DNA of 63,976 bases, filler included, from Lama guanicoe (GCA_013239625.1; 73 parts of 73 records of this genome joined end to end with filler, not necessarily neighbours in it); one strand, 5' to 3'; positions 13,046 through 26,481 are shown, numbered from the whole stretch's first letter. Notes: a model not told the origin generated them from the sequence alone. Numbers and translations: made by a program.

Positions 13046-13558
13046 GGGTATTTTACTCAGTTTATCGGCTTTAATCTGTTTTTTGTCTTTCTCTTCAGTA
13101 TCCCTAGCAGTTACCTATTCTTACTCACTTCAGCAGCCTCCCACCCAATATCTAGTCTAGAAAATCAGCTGTGATGAGGGGGCCGGGGGCATTCACAGAA
13201 GATGCAACTAAGGCAGAGAGGCTACATAATTTGTCCAAGAAGATCAGCTTCAACCCCCAACAGTGTGTGTCACTTCCCTCTGTTTAACTCTTATACTAAA
13301 CAAGCTAACTTTTTGTAGATATGGTTATAAACAGATGAGGTATCAAAATAAATACAAGGACACACATCAACCCTAAGACGTTCATTAACTCCAATATTTT
13401 GTTTCCATTTATTTTATTTCTATTAAAAAATAATTAAGAACCCCTGCAGTCAATATAGCAAAATGTTACTGGGTTTTAATCCAAAATANNNNNNNNNNNN
13501 NNNNNNNNNNNNNNNNNNNNNNNNNNNNNNNNNNNNNNNNNNNNNNNNNNNNNNNNNN

Positions 13559-13760
13559 CCCTACTCACGCTCTCACCTGAGCTCGGACAACACATCCAAC
13601 AACCTTTCACTTTACCCACAGCTGAACTCATGAGTTTTCCCCCAGAAATCCCTCTGCAGTTTTCCCTCCTCAGAGCACAGCAGGAACATCATTTACCTCA
13701 TTAATCCACACAGAAACCTGGTTCTTACTCCATCCTACCTTCAGAGACAGCATTCATTCT
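13559..13760 (+). mobile_element. L2 remnant
   Basis: CTCACCTGAGCTC..ACATCCAAC..CTGAACTCAT..AGAAACCTGG pattern. Confidence 0.5.
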
Positions 13761-13871
13761 TTCCTTTTACCNNNNNNNNNNNNNNNNNNNNNNNNNNNNN
13801 NNNNNNNNNNNNNNNTTAATTAATTAANNNNNNNNNNNNNNNNNNNNNNNNNNNNNNNNNNNNNNNNNNNN

Positions 13872-14391
13872 TATATTCTGTATTCCATATTATGCATTCC
13901 TTATCCTATACTCTATATTCGGTGTTCTACATTCTATATTCTAAATTGTATACTCAGTATTCCATATTCTATATTCTATATTCTGTGTTCTACATTCTAT
14001 ATTCTAAATTCTATATTCAGTATCCTGTATTCTATTGTCTAAATTATGTGTTCTACTTTCCATGTTTAAATTCTGTGTTCTATAGTCTTATTCTATATAC
14101 TAAATTTTGTGCCCTTCATTCTATATTATACATTCTATATTCTGCATTCCGTATTCTATATTCTATATTCTGTGTTCTACATTCTATATTCTAAATTCTA
14201 TATTCAGTATTTTGTATTCTATATACTAATTTCTGTGCATTCCATGCTCTACATTCTGGGTTCTGTATTCTCTTTTCCATATTCTAAATTCTGTGTTCTA
14301 ATTTTTATATTCTGTATTCTATATTCTACATTCTGTATTCTGTATTGTATATTCTGTGTTCTTCTTTCTATATTCTATATTCTGTATTCAA
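13872..14391 (+). repeat. Satellite D
   Basis: Heptamer array. Confidence 0.95.
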
Positions 14392-15714
14392 NNNNNNNNN
14401 NNNNNNNNNNNNNNNNNNNNNNNNNNNNNNNNNNNTTAATTAATTAANNNNNNNNNNNNNNNNNNNNNNNNNNNNNNNNNNNNNNNNNNNNGTGGTGTAG
14501 GCTCCCCTGAGTGTTTCATCGTCGTTTCTCAGGGACAGTGGTTAAAGACCCGCGTGCTCCTCGCGCCCGGACGGGGGCTGCCTCCTTCGGCTGGAGCAGG
14601 ACAAGGCCAGATGGCTTTGGAAGTTGGGTGCGTCTGGGCTGCTTTGCTCCCCACCATGTTCTGTCCCCGTCTTGGGAGATAAAGTGACGATTAGGGGTCA
14701 GACTGCTGGATGTGAGTCTGGTTTCGTTTCAGAATCTATTTGATCATTTCCTGGGCTTTGAATTTCAAAAAGCCAGTCTATTTATTGGTCTCTTCTGGGC
14801 CATAAGGTTCCAAGTACATCTGTTGTCCACACAAATTGAGCTATTGGCCCTCGAGCCAGGCGGTCATGAAATTATAGCCATAGTGAATTTAGCCAAGGAC
14901 TAATTTCACTTTGGTCTGCCTATAAATCCACTCGACAGGATAAACATGGTGTGTCCTGCGGTTCATGTGAGCACATGTAAAGAATTAAGAAATCTTTGGT
15001 GACAAGACAAAACATTCTCTGTAAAACTTAATTGGTGTTTAATTGAGGATGTATGAAATGCGATATTTGCAGACGGCCTGACGGGAGCTTAGACAAGTGT
15101 CGGGGGCGGCTCCCAGCACAGCGCGGCCCTTCCTCCAGGAGGAGGGAGCACCTAGAAAATGTCACCACTGCTGAACCACTGATGTCCCTGGGGCTTGTCC
15201 TTACCCTTTATTTCCGTTCCGTTNNNNNNNNNNNNNNNNNNNNNNNNNNNNNNNNNNNNNNNNNNNNTTAATTAATTAANNNNNNNNNNNNNNNNNNNNN
15301 NNNNNNNNNNNNNNNNNNNNNNNACTTAATACATAATTAAAAAATTATTATGCAGACTTTTAAAAATGCATAGTATTTAAATGGCCTATATGTGCTCTAC
15401 AAGAGAGGAAGGCTTAATATACCTTCTATAATACATTTTTCTCAGCCTTAACTAATTTTCACATTTAATCACACACACACCAAAAAGTTATTCCTTTCAC
15501 AAGCATGAAGACTTAACTGTGAAGGAAAGGATGATGAAAGAGAGTAGAGGAGAAAATAAAATGCTTTCTCTACAATCTGATGGCTTAAAAACTAAGTAAA
15601 ACACCTTTTTAAGACTTTGGTCACCATATTCGTAGCTAATACTTAGGTAGAGTTTTTCACATGCCTGCGATTAATGTTCCAATTGTATTCACAATTAGTA
15701 AATAATTGATTTAT

Positions 15715-15808
15715 CACAATAGTCCTATAAATTGCTATTGTTATTCCCCCATTATATGAGTGAGGAGATTGAAGCCACAAGAGGTTAAGAAATTTGCACA
15801 AGGCCCCA
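15715..15808. mobile_element. MIR core
   Basis: CCCCATT..TGAGGAGATTGAAGCCACAAGAGGTTAAGAAATTTGCACAAGG. Confidence 0.7.
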
Positions 15809-16699
15809 NNNNNNNNNNNNNNNNNNNNNNNNNNNNNNNNNNNNNNNNNNNNTTAATTAATTAANNNNNNNNNNNNNNNNNNNNNNNNNNNNNNNNNNNN
15901 NNNNNNNNAGGGGCTGAAGAGAAGTTGTCCTGTCTGAGTATAAAGAATACACAGATGTTTAGCAGACAACTGGAAGGGATAAGGGCTACTCGAGGAAACA
16001 CAAAACTGCCGGGAACTGTCTGGCATCAACCAATGACACTGGTCAACTGAAGAGTAAGGCGTGAGAATGACACTGAAAAAGGAACTTTGAATAGTTCTAC
16101 CAGATCATAGAGGTCCTTCTTAACATGCTGGAGAGCTTTAACTTCATCTTTTAGGCCAGACACATTTAAAAAATTAAATCACTCTAATCATTTAAAATTT
16201 GGGATACTTCATACAGATTTCTGGTTTTTCTTGAAATATCAGACCATCTGGCTATACTGAGTCCACAATAAGATATGAGTAATTATTGCCCTCTTTAGGT
16301 GGAACCCTCCTTTCCAGGTGGCCAAAGTCTACTTGCTGCTTTTTTTCATTAAATTATTAACCTGGTTGACCTATGTAGGTACTTGCCATCCTGTTTTACT
16401 AAATGAGAAATGCTTAAGCAAGGAGATCTCATGACTAAATGTATGGTTTGAAAAAAAATCAATAGAGGTAATATAATGGATGATGAATAATAGGATAGAG
16501 TAGGTCAGAAGGCTTCATGGTAATGCAATCAAAGAAATGATGCCTAAAACCTTTCAGGAGACAATGGCAATTGGGAGGTGAAAANNNNNNNNNNNNNNNN
16601 NNNNNNNNNNNNNNNNNNNNNNNNNNNNTTAATTAATTAANNNNNNNNNNNNNNNNNNNNNNNNNNNNNNNNNNNNNNNNNNNNTCCACTGCAGAGCAA

Positions 16700-16860
16700 G
16701 AGTACTAAATTCAAAATCTTGTAAAAAACCATACTGGAAAAGAATACAAAAAAAGAATATATATATCCGAATCACTATGGTGTACACTAGAAATTAACAC
16801 AACACTGTAAATCAACTCTACTTCAATTAAAGAACCGTAAAAAAATAAAAATAAAAAAGG
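16700..16860 (+). mobile_element. L1 3' end with A-rich tail
   Basis: GAATCACTATGGTGTACACTAGAAATTAACACAACACTGTAAATCAACT then A-tail. Confidence 0.85.
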
Positions 16861-16994
16861 AATATTTGACAGAGATGTATGTTCCCTGCCAGGTCTGAAA
16901 TCTTTACTATCCNNNNNNNNNNNNNNNNNNNNNNNNNNNNNNNNNNNNNNNNNNNNNNNAGCAAAGCAGCCAAGTATACAGCAGATCTTTCATG

Positions 16995-17235
16995 ATCCTG
17001 CCCCGCCTGCTCCTCAGCCCCCTCCGCCCCGCTCTCCCGGCTCTGAGCCCCCTGGGGACTGAACCTTACCGGGCCCTGGTTCTCACGGTGCTCTGTCCCC
17101 TCGTCCGTCCGGGAAGGCCAGCTCCAGGCGACGACCGCTGACTCAGGCTTCCTCGGAACGGCACCTCCGGAAACAGGGCACTTCGACCGCCCCTCGCAAG
17201 TCTTTTCTTTCTTTACACCCATCGGGCCATGAATT
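16995..17235 (-). promoter_or_regulatory. CpG-rich candidate promoter/first exon
   Basis: High CpG density, GC boxes (CCCCGCC), ETS-like CCGGAA motif, minus-strand donor CCG|gtaagg at ~17070. Confidence 0.45.
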
Positions 17236-17679
17236 NNNNNNNNNNNNNNNNNNNNNNNNNNNNNNNNNNNNNNNNNNNNTTAATTAATTAANNNNNNNNN
17301 NNNNNNNNNNNNNNNNNNNNNNNNNNNNNNNNNNNGTTTAGAGCCTGTCCTGTGCACATGGGGTCTGGAGATGGCCCTGTTCCTTTGTGGTCTTTGTTTA
17401 TTTTGTGAATTATGTTGTGAAACTTTATGTGCCCAAGCTTCATCATAACTTCAAATTTAAAGGATTTAAATATGGGAGATGGATGCCAAGTTCTGGGAAT
17501 AGATTTTCAGGATAACAGCCAGGATTGGTAAAAAGTAGGGAGAATGGATACAGCCTTCAAAAAAGAAATGCTATTTTACAATTTCTGGCAGANNNNNNNN
17601 NNNNNNNNNNNNNNCTATCAGGAATGTTTAATTGGTAGACTTGTCTCCCATTTTCATGAAACAAAATAATTTTATTATT

Positions 17680-17820
17680 TGTTCAGTGCCTACTGTCTGG
17701 CAATGAGGTAGCCCCTTTGCATATAGTTTTATCATTTAATCTGTACAAAGAATCCTAGGAGAACACACGTGTCACAGGTGAAGGAACCAAGAACATCCAG
17801 GGTATGTGACAGGAAGGCAG
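17680..17820. mobile_element. MIR remnant
   Basis: AGTGCCTACTGT..TCATTTAATC..ACAGGTGAAGGAAC. Confidence 0.5.
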
Positions 17821-17959
17821 ATGGGCTGGAGNNNNNNNNNNNNNNNNNNNNNNNNNNNNNNNNNNNNNNNNNNNNTTAATTAATTAANNNNNNNNNNNNN
17901 NNNNNNNNNNNNNNNNNNNNNNNNNNNNNNNTAAATAAATAAATAAATAAATAACATTT

Positions 17960-18464
17960 AATAATAAAAGAAAAACAAAGTTTCACAATATTTAATTTTA
18001 CACATCAAGTGTCTTGGAGAAAACAGAAAGAATAAAGAAGAAAATTGATTCAATGAGAGTAAGGCAAATAACAAGAGAAACAATTGAAAAGATAAAAAAA
18101 TATCTCTGTTTCTTTTAAACATAAAGTGGACAAACTTTTAGGTTGGCTAAGAAAATAAAGACTCAAATAATATTAGAAATAATAGATAAGATATTAGCAC
18201 TCGTGTTGTAGAGATGCATAGCATCATAAGAAATTACCACTCGCCAACAATTTGAATGACCGAGAACAAAAGACAAATTCCCAGAAACATATGTCTTCCC
18301 ATACTGAATCAAGAAGTAATTAGAAAGTTAAATAGAGCAAAAGTGTGCATGAGTAAATCAGTAATCCATACCTCCCAAACCAGAAAATATTATTTGCTGT
18401 TGAATTCTGTCATAGATTTGAAGACAATTTTTCACCAATTCTTCCCCAAATCTTCCAAGAATTT
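17960..18464 (+). mobile_element. Degenerate L1 ORF2 fragment
   Basis: A-rich; AAGACTCAAATAA..ATCATAAGA..GACAAATTCC..ACTGAATCAAGAAG matches ORF2 between EN and RT. Confidence 0.75.
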
Positions 18465-18564
18465 NNNNNNNNNNNNNNNNNNNNNNNNNNNNNNNNNNNN
18501 NNNNNNNNTTAATTAATTAANNNNNNNNNNNNNNNNNNNNNNNNNNNNNNNNNNNNNNNNNNNN

Positions 18565-19090
18565 ACAACCTAAATGTCCATTGACAGATGACTGGATAAG
18601 GAAGTTGTGGTATTTTTATACAGTGGAATACTATTCAGTCATAAAAATAATAAAATAAGGCCATTTACAGCAACATGGATGTCCCTGGAGAATGTCGTTC
18701 TAAGTGAAGTAAGCCAGAAAGAAGAAGAAAAATATCATATGATACCACTCATTAGTTGAATCTAAAAAAAAAAAGAAATGAACTTATATATTAAACAGAA
18801 ACAGACTCAGACAGAGATTACAGACTTGTGGTTGCCATGGGGGAGCTGGGTGAGAAGGGATAAACTGGGAGTTCAAGATCTGTAGATACTGATTGGTATA
18901 TATAAAATAGATAAACAAGTTTATACTGTATAGCACATGGAAATATATTCAATATCTTGTAGTAGCTTATAGTGAAAAAGAATATGAAAATGAAAATATG
19001 TATATCCATGTATGACTGAAGCATTGTGCTGTACACCAGAAATTGACAGAACATTATAAACTGACTGTACCTCAATTAAAAAAATTAAAA
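18565..19090 (+). mobile_element. Camelid-type L1 ORF2 C-terminus + 3'UTR
   Basis: ACAACCTAAATGTCCATTGACAGATGACTGGATAAG (QPKCPLTDDWI), CTAAGTGAAGTAAGCCAG (LSEVSQ), 3'UTR and A-tail. Confidence 0.95.
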
Positions 19091-20334
19091 ACTACTGAAA
19101 GCATGAGGTTAAAAAATAATAAATCTTAGGCCCCAAGATGCATTTCATGACTACAAAGCTTAGTTAAAAATTTTTTTTGATAAATTAAAAATAAAAACAT
19201 GGTTAATGCATATTGGTGTTTATTAGCCTCAAATGTTATTGAAAGAACTAAAACAGTTCATTTGATTTGGCTGAACATACATTAATTATTAAAGTATAGC
19301 CTTAAAATAGTATGTTTAGAAAGCCTGTCCAGTGATTTAGAACTCATTACCAAATATTATTCTTTTGCTAAATCTTTGCATTTGTTTTACTGAGNNNNNN
19401 NNNNNNNNNNNNNNNNNNNNNNNNNNNNNNNNNNNNNNTTAATTAATTAANNNNNNNNNNNNNNNNNNNNNNNNNNNNNNNNNNNNNNNNNNNNATCTCT
19501 GGCAAAACTTTTAGGCCTCTAACATTGTCTTCATCCTCCAATTGCAACAGCCTTGTCAAAATGGGACATAGGAGTTAAGGAGAAAGAACGAAACAGAAAC
19601 TAGCTCCACACTGGAGCAAATGAAGAGATCAAATGCTAAGACTTCCTCAGACTCATGAGTTTATCAGAATACGGGACTAATGGAAGTATTATAGAAAATT
19701 CTTACTCCTTCTCATCAAGGATGCTTGCTGTGCTCCAATATGTCACATTGAACTCTGACCTCATATAAACTTTTTTTTAAAGACTATTTAACCAATTGAC
19801 TTAGTCTAGTTTCTAGTCCTGGCATACCTGTGTCTTCTACATCTTATGGTACAAAAGAGGCTAACAAATTGTAGCGTATGAATTTACACATAGTCTGCAT
19901 CTGAAATTGTGCCAGATACTACATATACAGAGACAATTAACACCTGGTCACTGTCCTCTAGGTGTCTGTATTGAAATGGAGAAGGCATACATAGAAAATC
20001 CAGGATACGGTGTAAAATAAGATACCTGAACAGATGTTCAGAGAGAATGATGTGAAAGCCCAAGAGAATGATTGACTCTTACACAGGGCAGTCAAGAGAA
20101 CACACCAGGATGTGACACAGAGCATGGAACCAAAACAGGCACAGAAGTAGATAAAAGACATCCCAAACCCAAATTCTTCATCCTGTTAAATGTTTCCAGT
20201 TAGTTGGCAGCACTTATTTTTTCAATGGATTCTTNNNNNNNNNNNNNNNNNNNNNNNNNNNNNNNNNNNNNNNNNNNNTTAATTAATTAANNNNNNNNNN
20301 NNNNNNNNNNNNNNNNNNNNNNNNNNNNNNNNNN

Positions 20335-21134
20335 CTATATTGTATATTCTGTGTTCTACATTCTATATTCAAAATTTTATATTAAGTATCCTTTATTCTA
20401 TATTCTAATTCTGTGTTCTGCATTTCATGTTCTTAGTTCTGGGTTCTATATTCACTTTCTATATTCTATATTTTTGTTCTTCATTCTATATTCTATATAC
20501 TATATTCTGCATTCCCTATACTATATTCTGTATTCTGTGTTATTAAATATATATTCTAATTTCTATATTCTGTATTCTGTATTCTNNNNNNNNNNNNNNN
20601 NNNNNNNNNNATATTCTGGGTTCTATATTCTGTTTTCCATATTCTAAATTCTGTGTTCTATATTCTATATTCTGTATTCTATATTCTGCATTCCGTATTC
20701 TACATTCCATATTCTGTGTTCTACATTCTATATTCTAAATTTTATATTCTGTGTTCTGTATTCTATATATTAAATTCCGTGCTCTGCATTCTGTTTTCTA
20801 AATTCTGGGTTCTGAATTCTGTTTTCTTATTTCTATATTCTGTGTTCAACATTCTATATTCTGTATTCTATATTCTGCATTCCGTATTCTACATTCCATA
20901 TTCTGTGTTCTACATTCTATATTCTAAATTCTATATTCAGTATTATGTATTCTATATTCTAAATTCTGTGTTCTACATTCCATGTTCTAAATTCAGGGTT
21001 CTATATTCTCATCTCTATATTCTATATTCTGTGTTCTACATTCTATTTTCTAAATTCAATATTCTGTATTCTTTACACTATATTTTTAATTCTGTGTTCT
21101 GCATTCTATATTCTAAATTCTATATTCAGTATTA
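20335..21134 (+). repeat. Satellite D with 189-bp higher-order repeat
   Basis: TTCCGTATTCTACATTCCATATTCTGTGTTC at 20691 and 20880 (27x7 apart). Confidence 0.95.
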
Positions 21135-21234
21135 NNNNNNNNNNNNNNNNNNNNNNNNNNNNNNNNNNNNNNNNNNNNTTAATTAATTAANNNNNNNNNN
21201 NNNNNNNNNNNNNNNNNNNNNNNNNNNNNNNNNN

Positions 21235-22133
21235 CAAAGAACTCATACAATGCAAATTCAAAATAACAAATAACCCAATTAAATAAAGGGCAGAGGACCT
21301 GAATAGACATTTTTCCATAGAAGACACACAAATGGCCAACCGACACACGAAAAGATGTTCAACATCACTAGTCATCAGGGAAATGCAAATAAAAACTATA
21401 ATGAGATATCGCCTCACACCTGTCAGAATAACTATTATCAAAGACAACAACAATTGTCAAGGATGTGGAGAAAAGGGAACTGTCATGTATGATTGGCGGG
21501 AACATAAACCGGTACAGCCTCTACGGAAAATGGTATCAAATTTCCTCAAAAAGTTAAAAATAGAACTACCACATGATCCAGCAATTTCAATTCTGGGTAT
21601 TTTTCTGAAGGAAAAACCCCGCTAATTTGAAAAGATACGTACCCCTATGTTCACTGTGGCATTATTTACGATAGCCAATAATGGAAGCAACCTAAGTGTC
21701 TACTGACAGACAAATGAAAAAAGAAGATGTGGTATATGCGTACAGTGGAATATTAGTCATAAAAAAATATGCGTACAATATTAGTCATAAAAAGGAATGA
21801 AATCCTGCCACTTGCCACAGTATGGATGCACTTAGAGGGCATTATGCTAAGTGAAGTTAAGTCAGAGGAAGACAAATACCATTTGATTTCATTCACATGC
21901 GGAATCAAAAAAATAAAACAAACAAAACAGAAACAAGCTCATAGACACAGAGAACAAATAGGTGGTTTCCAGGAGGGGTGTGGGGGATAAGTGGAATTAG
22001 GTGAAAGAGATTAAGAGGTACAAACTGCTGGCTACGAAATAGTCACGGGAATAAAGGGCACAGTCTGGGGGATACAGTCAGTAACACTGTAGTAAGTTTT
22101 CTGGTGACAGATGGTAGCTGGCCTTACTGTGGT
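21235..22133 (+). mobile_element. Older L1 (L1MA-like) ORF2 C-terminus + 3'UTR
   Basis: Peptides [44 protein letters not shown] and WMHLEGIMLSEV; frameshifted. Confidence 0.95.
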
Positions 22134-23223
22134 NNNNNNNNNNNNNNNNNNNNNNNNNNNNNNNNNNNNNNNNNNNNTTAATTAATTAANNNNNNNNNNN
22201 NNNNNNNNNNNNNNNNNNNNNNNNNNNNNNNNNGCCCTGCTTGCCCGAGGCAGTCGTGAGTGACAAGGGACAGACAACAGGAGTGGGCACAGCCAGGCCC
22301 AGGTGAGCTCTCTAACGAGCCGGGCATCAGCAGAACCCTCTGGACGTGAAACCTCATAGCGCCGAGGACCATGGCAGTGAGAACAGGGATGATGATGGTT
22401 GTCACCATCACCTATGTGATAATAGACTGACCCAGACCTGTGGCCCTTGGAGGGGCCCTTCCCGGAAACGTGTACCACTTTGGGCTCCTCACAGCCCCTG
22501 CGGCTGTTTACTTTGGGGGGTCTGTGTAAACAAAACACAACTTGGGTTCTAGGGTTGCCAGATACTCCCAGCTCCTTTCAACTCTGGCCTCTGCCTCATG
22601 GTTCCTGAGTGGTGAGATAGCAGATAAGCAGATGGGGACAAAGCGTCTGGCTGGAGGTGAAAGCTTACCCCATGACAGTCCCCACCGTGTGGGAGCGGCC
22701 ACCTCTGCAGCAGGCTGGGGAGATTCCTTTGATGGAAGCCACTGGACTTGGACCCCAAAGACCCGGCTCTGACAGCTGGCTCAGCCGTCTCCTGGCAGTG
22801 TGACCTTTCTGAGACTCAGTGGCCTCACCTGTGACCTGGAGCTGGAGACCTACCTGCCAGGGCACTTGGGGAGATAAAGTTCCAAGGCCTCGCTCCCAGC
22901 AGCACCATAAGTGTCAGCTGAAACAGCAGAATCTGATTCTGTCTGTGGTGGGACCTCTTGCCTCCAAGGGTGCTCAACTTAGTCACCTGGCAGGTGGGGT
23001 GGCCTCCCACCTCAGCCCCTGGGAGCAGGCGCACAGAGCCCGGAAGTCAGCCTGCCTCCCCCTTACCCCTCCACCCAGGAGCCAGCGACAGAGCCGGGCT
23101 GAGCAGGAGCTCTGTGTCCCCTGNNNNNNNNNNNNNNNNNNNNNNNNNNNNNNNNNNNNNNNNNNNNTTAATTAATTAANNNNNNNNNNNNNNNNNNNNN
23201 NNNNNNNNNNNNNNNNNNNNNNN

Positions 23224-23360
23224 GGGCAGTGCTAGCTCTATTTCAGATGAGAAAGTGTTTTGAGGTGAAGCCGGTTCTGAATGTCCCACAACTAAAGAGT
23301 CAGACTTCAGATTGTACCTGAGATCCTGTTTCAGTTGCCAGAGCTCTTTTCATTACTCCC
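23224..23360. mobile_element. MIR remnant
   Basis: TTTCAGATGAGAAA..GAGGTGAAG..CCAGAGCTCTTTTCA. Confidence 0.45.
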
Positions 23361-23703
23361 TATTTTCCTTAATTAGTATTATTAATAAATTTGAAATTTT
23401 AGCATATTTTACTCTTACAAGCAAATTTATTTCAGAAACATTCAAATTTGAACGGTAATAATTATAGAAATACATAGAGGGAATATTTTACCACGTATGT
23501 TAGCTAAGTACAAAGACTAGTTAAAATTCTTTAAAAAAAATACTTGAATATTTGCATTCTCTTCAGGAGCAGAGTGCTTCACAGTACACAGCTGTGAAGA
23601 TTCACGTGAACTCAGTAGGCTGGGATCCATAAGAGGAATTAAATTAGGTCAGGCCTAAAAGAAATAAAAAGGTAACAGCAGTACTGCCCACAACATCACT
23701 TAC

Positions 23704-23800
23704 CTGGAGTAGGTCTGATTGCTGTGCACCTGCTGGTATGTGTGCTAGTCACCAGGTCTCGTTGTGAGAGGCTCGGAATTGCCCGTCACATCATTGGGCC
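23704..23800 (-). other. Candidate 97-nt non-coding exon
   Basis: Minus strand reads ttttttctaag|GGCCCA...CTCCAG|gtaagt; stops in all three frames. Confidence 0.3.
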
Positions 23801-24139
23801 CTTAGAAAAAATTAACGCTTAAATGTGTACTGAAAAAGTCTAATTTTATGACATCTCAGTCAAAAATTTTTTTTTAATCTGATGAGAATTTTTCCTAGCT
23901 TGAAGATGGTTTAGATCTGGTAACTTTCTATCTCGGCTGTGGACTTACATGACTTAAGTCTCTATTAGGTGAAATGTCAAGTCCACTTACTATATATATT
24001 TTCCTTTCTTAAGAAAGATCCAAGTACAAATAATATTGGNNNNNNNNNNNNNNNNNNNNNNNNNNNNNNNNNNNNNNNNNNNNTTAATTAATTAANNNNN
24101 NNNNNNNNNNNNNNNNNNNNNNNNNNNNNNNNNNNNNNN

Positions 24140-24585
24140 ACTGCGTTCTACATTCTATATTCAGTATTCTGTATTCTATATTGTAAATCTGTGTCCTGCA
24201 TTCCATGTTCTAAATTGTATTCTATACTCTAAATAATTTGTTCTGCATTCCATGTTCTAAATTCTATATTCAGTATTCTGTATTCTATATTCAAAAATCT
24301 GTGTTCCGCATTCTATGTTGTAAATTCTATATTCAGTATTATGTGTTCTATATGGAAAATTCTGTGTTCTTCATTCAGTGTTCTAAATTCTGGGTTCTGT
24401 ATTCTGTTTTCTACATTCTATATTCTGTATTCCGTATTCTATATTCTATATTCTGTGTTCTACTTTCTATGTTCTAAATTCTTTATTCAGTATTCCATAT
24501 TCTATATTCTATATTCTGTGTTCTACTTTCACTATGTTCTAAATTCTATATGCACTATTCAGTATTCTATATTCTAAATAATGTG
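24140..24585 (+). repeat. Satellite D
   Basis: Heptamer array. Confidence 0.95.
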
Positions 24586-24685
24586 NNNNNNNNNNNNNNN
24601 NNNNNNNNNNNNNNNNNNNNNNNNNNNNNTTAATTAATTAANNNNNNNNNNNNNNNNNNNNNNNNNNNNNNNNNNNNNNNNNNNN

Positions 24686-25517
24686 ACTCCAGCACACACA
24701 CGAAGAACTATTCGGCTATCCTAACTGTGGGGAGCCTCTTCAACCTGACGGTAGCACCTGGGATCTAATTGAATCTCTTGGATTGACATCCCTGATTGAT
24801 TCCTTTGGCCGTGATGTGAGTTAAGGTGGGATTGGGCACTAAACCAAAGTAATAGCGAGTGCCTCTCTATGAGCAGTGGAAGTGCTTATGTACATCCCCA
24901 TCCTGGGAATACCTGTGATCCAATAAATAAACGTGGACTTTGTTTCCCCACCTCCAGGACACACATGAAGAACTTTTCTGGTATCCTGAGTGTGGGGAGG
25001 CTCCTCCAACTGACATCAGCACCTGGGATCTAATAGAATCACTTGGCTTGACTTCCCTGAGTGTTTCCATAGGCCGGGCTGTGAGCGAAGGTGTGGTTGG
25101 ACACTAAACCAAAGTAATAGCGAGTGCCTCTCTATGAGATGTGGAAGTGTTTAACTACATCCCCAACCTGGGAACACCTGTGCCCCCAGAAAAATGCGTG
25201 GACTCTGTTTAACACACGGCATTGGGTTCAGATGTCTTGAGTGTGGGGAGGTTCTTCCCAATAACAGCAGCGCCTGGGTTCTAATACAATAACTTAACTT
25301 GTCTTCCATGATGGATTGAAAAGGCCGGTGTGCGGGGGAATGTTGGGATTTGGCCCTATACCAAGAAATAGCGAGAGCCTATCCATGAGATGTGGGTGTT
25401 TGACCTCCAACCCACAACCATGGAATAACTGTGCCCCATGAAATATGAGTGTGCTATGTTCCCCCACCTCCAGCACACAAAGGAAGAATTGTTCTGGGGT
25501 TCTGAGTGTGGGGAGGT
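24686..25517 (-). repeat. Satellite C, ~265-bp tandem repeat related to satellite A
   Basis: AAACCAAAGTAATAGCGAGTGCCTCTCTATGAG at 24841 and 25106; GAGTGTGGGGAGG at 24988, 25239 and 25504. Confidence 0.88.
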
Positions 25518-26379
25518 NNNNNNNNNNNNNNNNNNNNNNNNNNNNNNNNNNNNNNNNNNNNTTAATTAATTAANNNNNNNNNNNNNNNNNNNNNNNNNNN
25601 NNNNNNNNNNNNNNNNNATAAGTGTATTTATTAACATAACTTTGGAACACTTAACAGAAGCCACAATGGTATGGATTATAAAAATGATAAGAATATTTAT
25701 TCCTTCTAGGGACTGATAAACCTCTGAGTGAAAGAATGGCTAAAATAAACTTATGTAAGTATGCTATAAGACTTCCTCTTTTGTAATTTTAAAATAGAAT
25801 ATTAAATAACATTTGTTTTATTATAGCACTCAATTGCAATTTAAAACAAAAATTCCCCCTTTGAGATTTCTTAAATTTGATTGATTTTTTTATAATTTTT
25901 TATTTTTATTTCATAAATATTTAACATTTATTTATAAACATACCAGAAAAACTGATATTTATTCTGCTCATGTTTTGAATATAGGGCTACTTATTGTAAA
26001 GTACACAGGTAAATACATTCATTTCCAGATCAAATTATGTTTCACTTTAATTACAAATGATAATGAAAAAGGTATACATTTTCTGTACAGGTTTTGCACA
26101 AATTTCACTTTAAAATCAGAAACTTTAAAATTATTTTATATATTTTGTGCAATATTTGTACTCTGTTCACCAATCTGCTATAAATTTGTGTACAAAGGGA
26201 TGGAGATTGGTTTTATTTCATAGACCCNNNNNNNNNNNNNNNNNNNNNNNNNNNNNNNNNNNNNNNNNNNNTTAATTAATTAANNNNNNNNNNNNNNNNN
26301 NNNNNNNNNNNNNNNNNNNNNNNNNNNCTGGCTTTCCCCACTGTCAGACCACAGCTCTTGTTTAAATGTTCACTTACTT

Positions 26380-26449
26380 TTTTTCTCGTCTTTGTAGTTG
26401 TTGGTTAACTAATGATGCGTTAATTCTGGTGTACAGCATAGTGATTCAT

Positions 26450-26481
<32 letters not shown>

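Noticed and set aside
20351..21186. Hydrophobic FYILYSV-repeat 'membrane proteins'
   Set aside because: Translations of the heptamer satellite.
22178..23179. Cluster of overlapping short ORFs
   Set aside because: GC-rich sequence gives chance ORFs on both strands; no recognisable protein.
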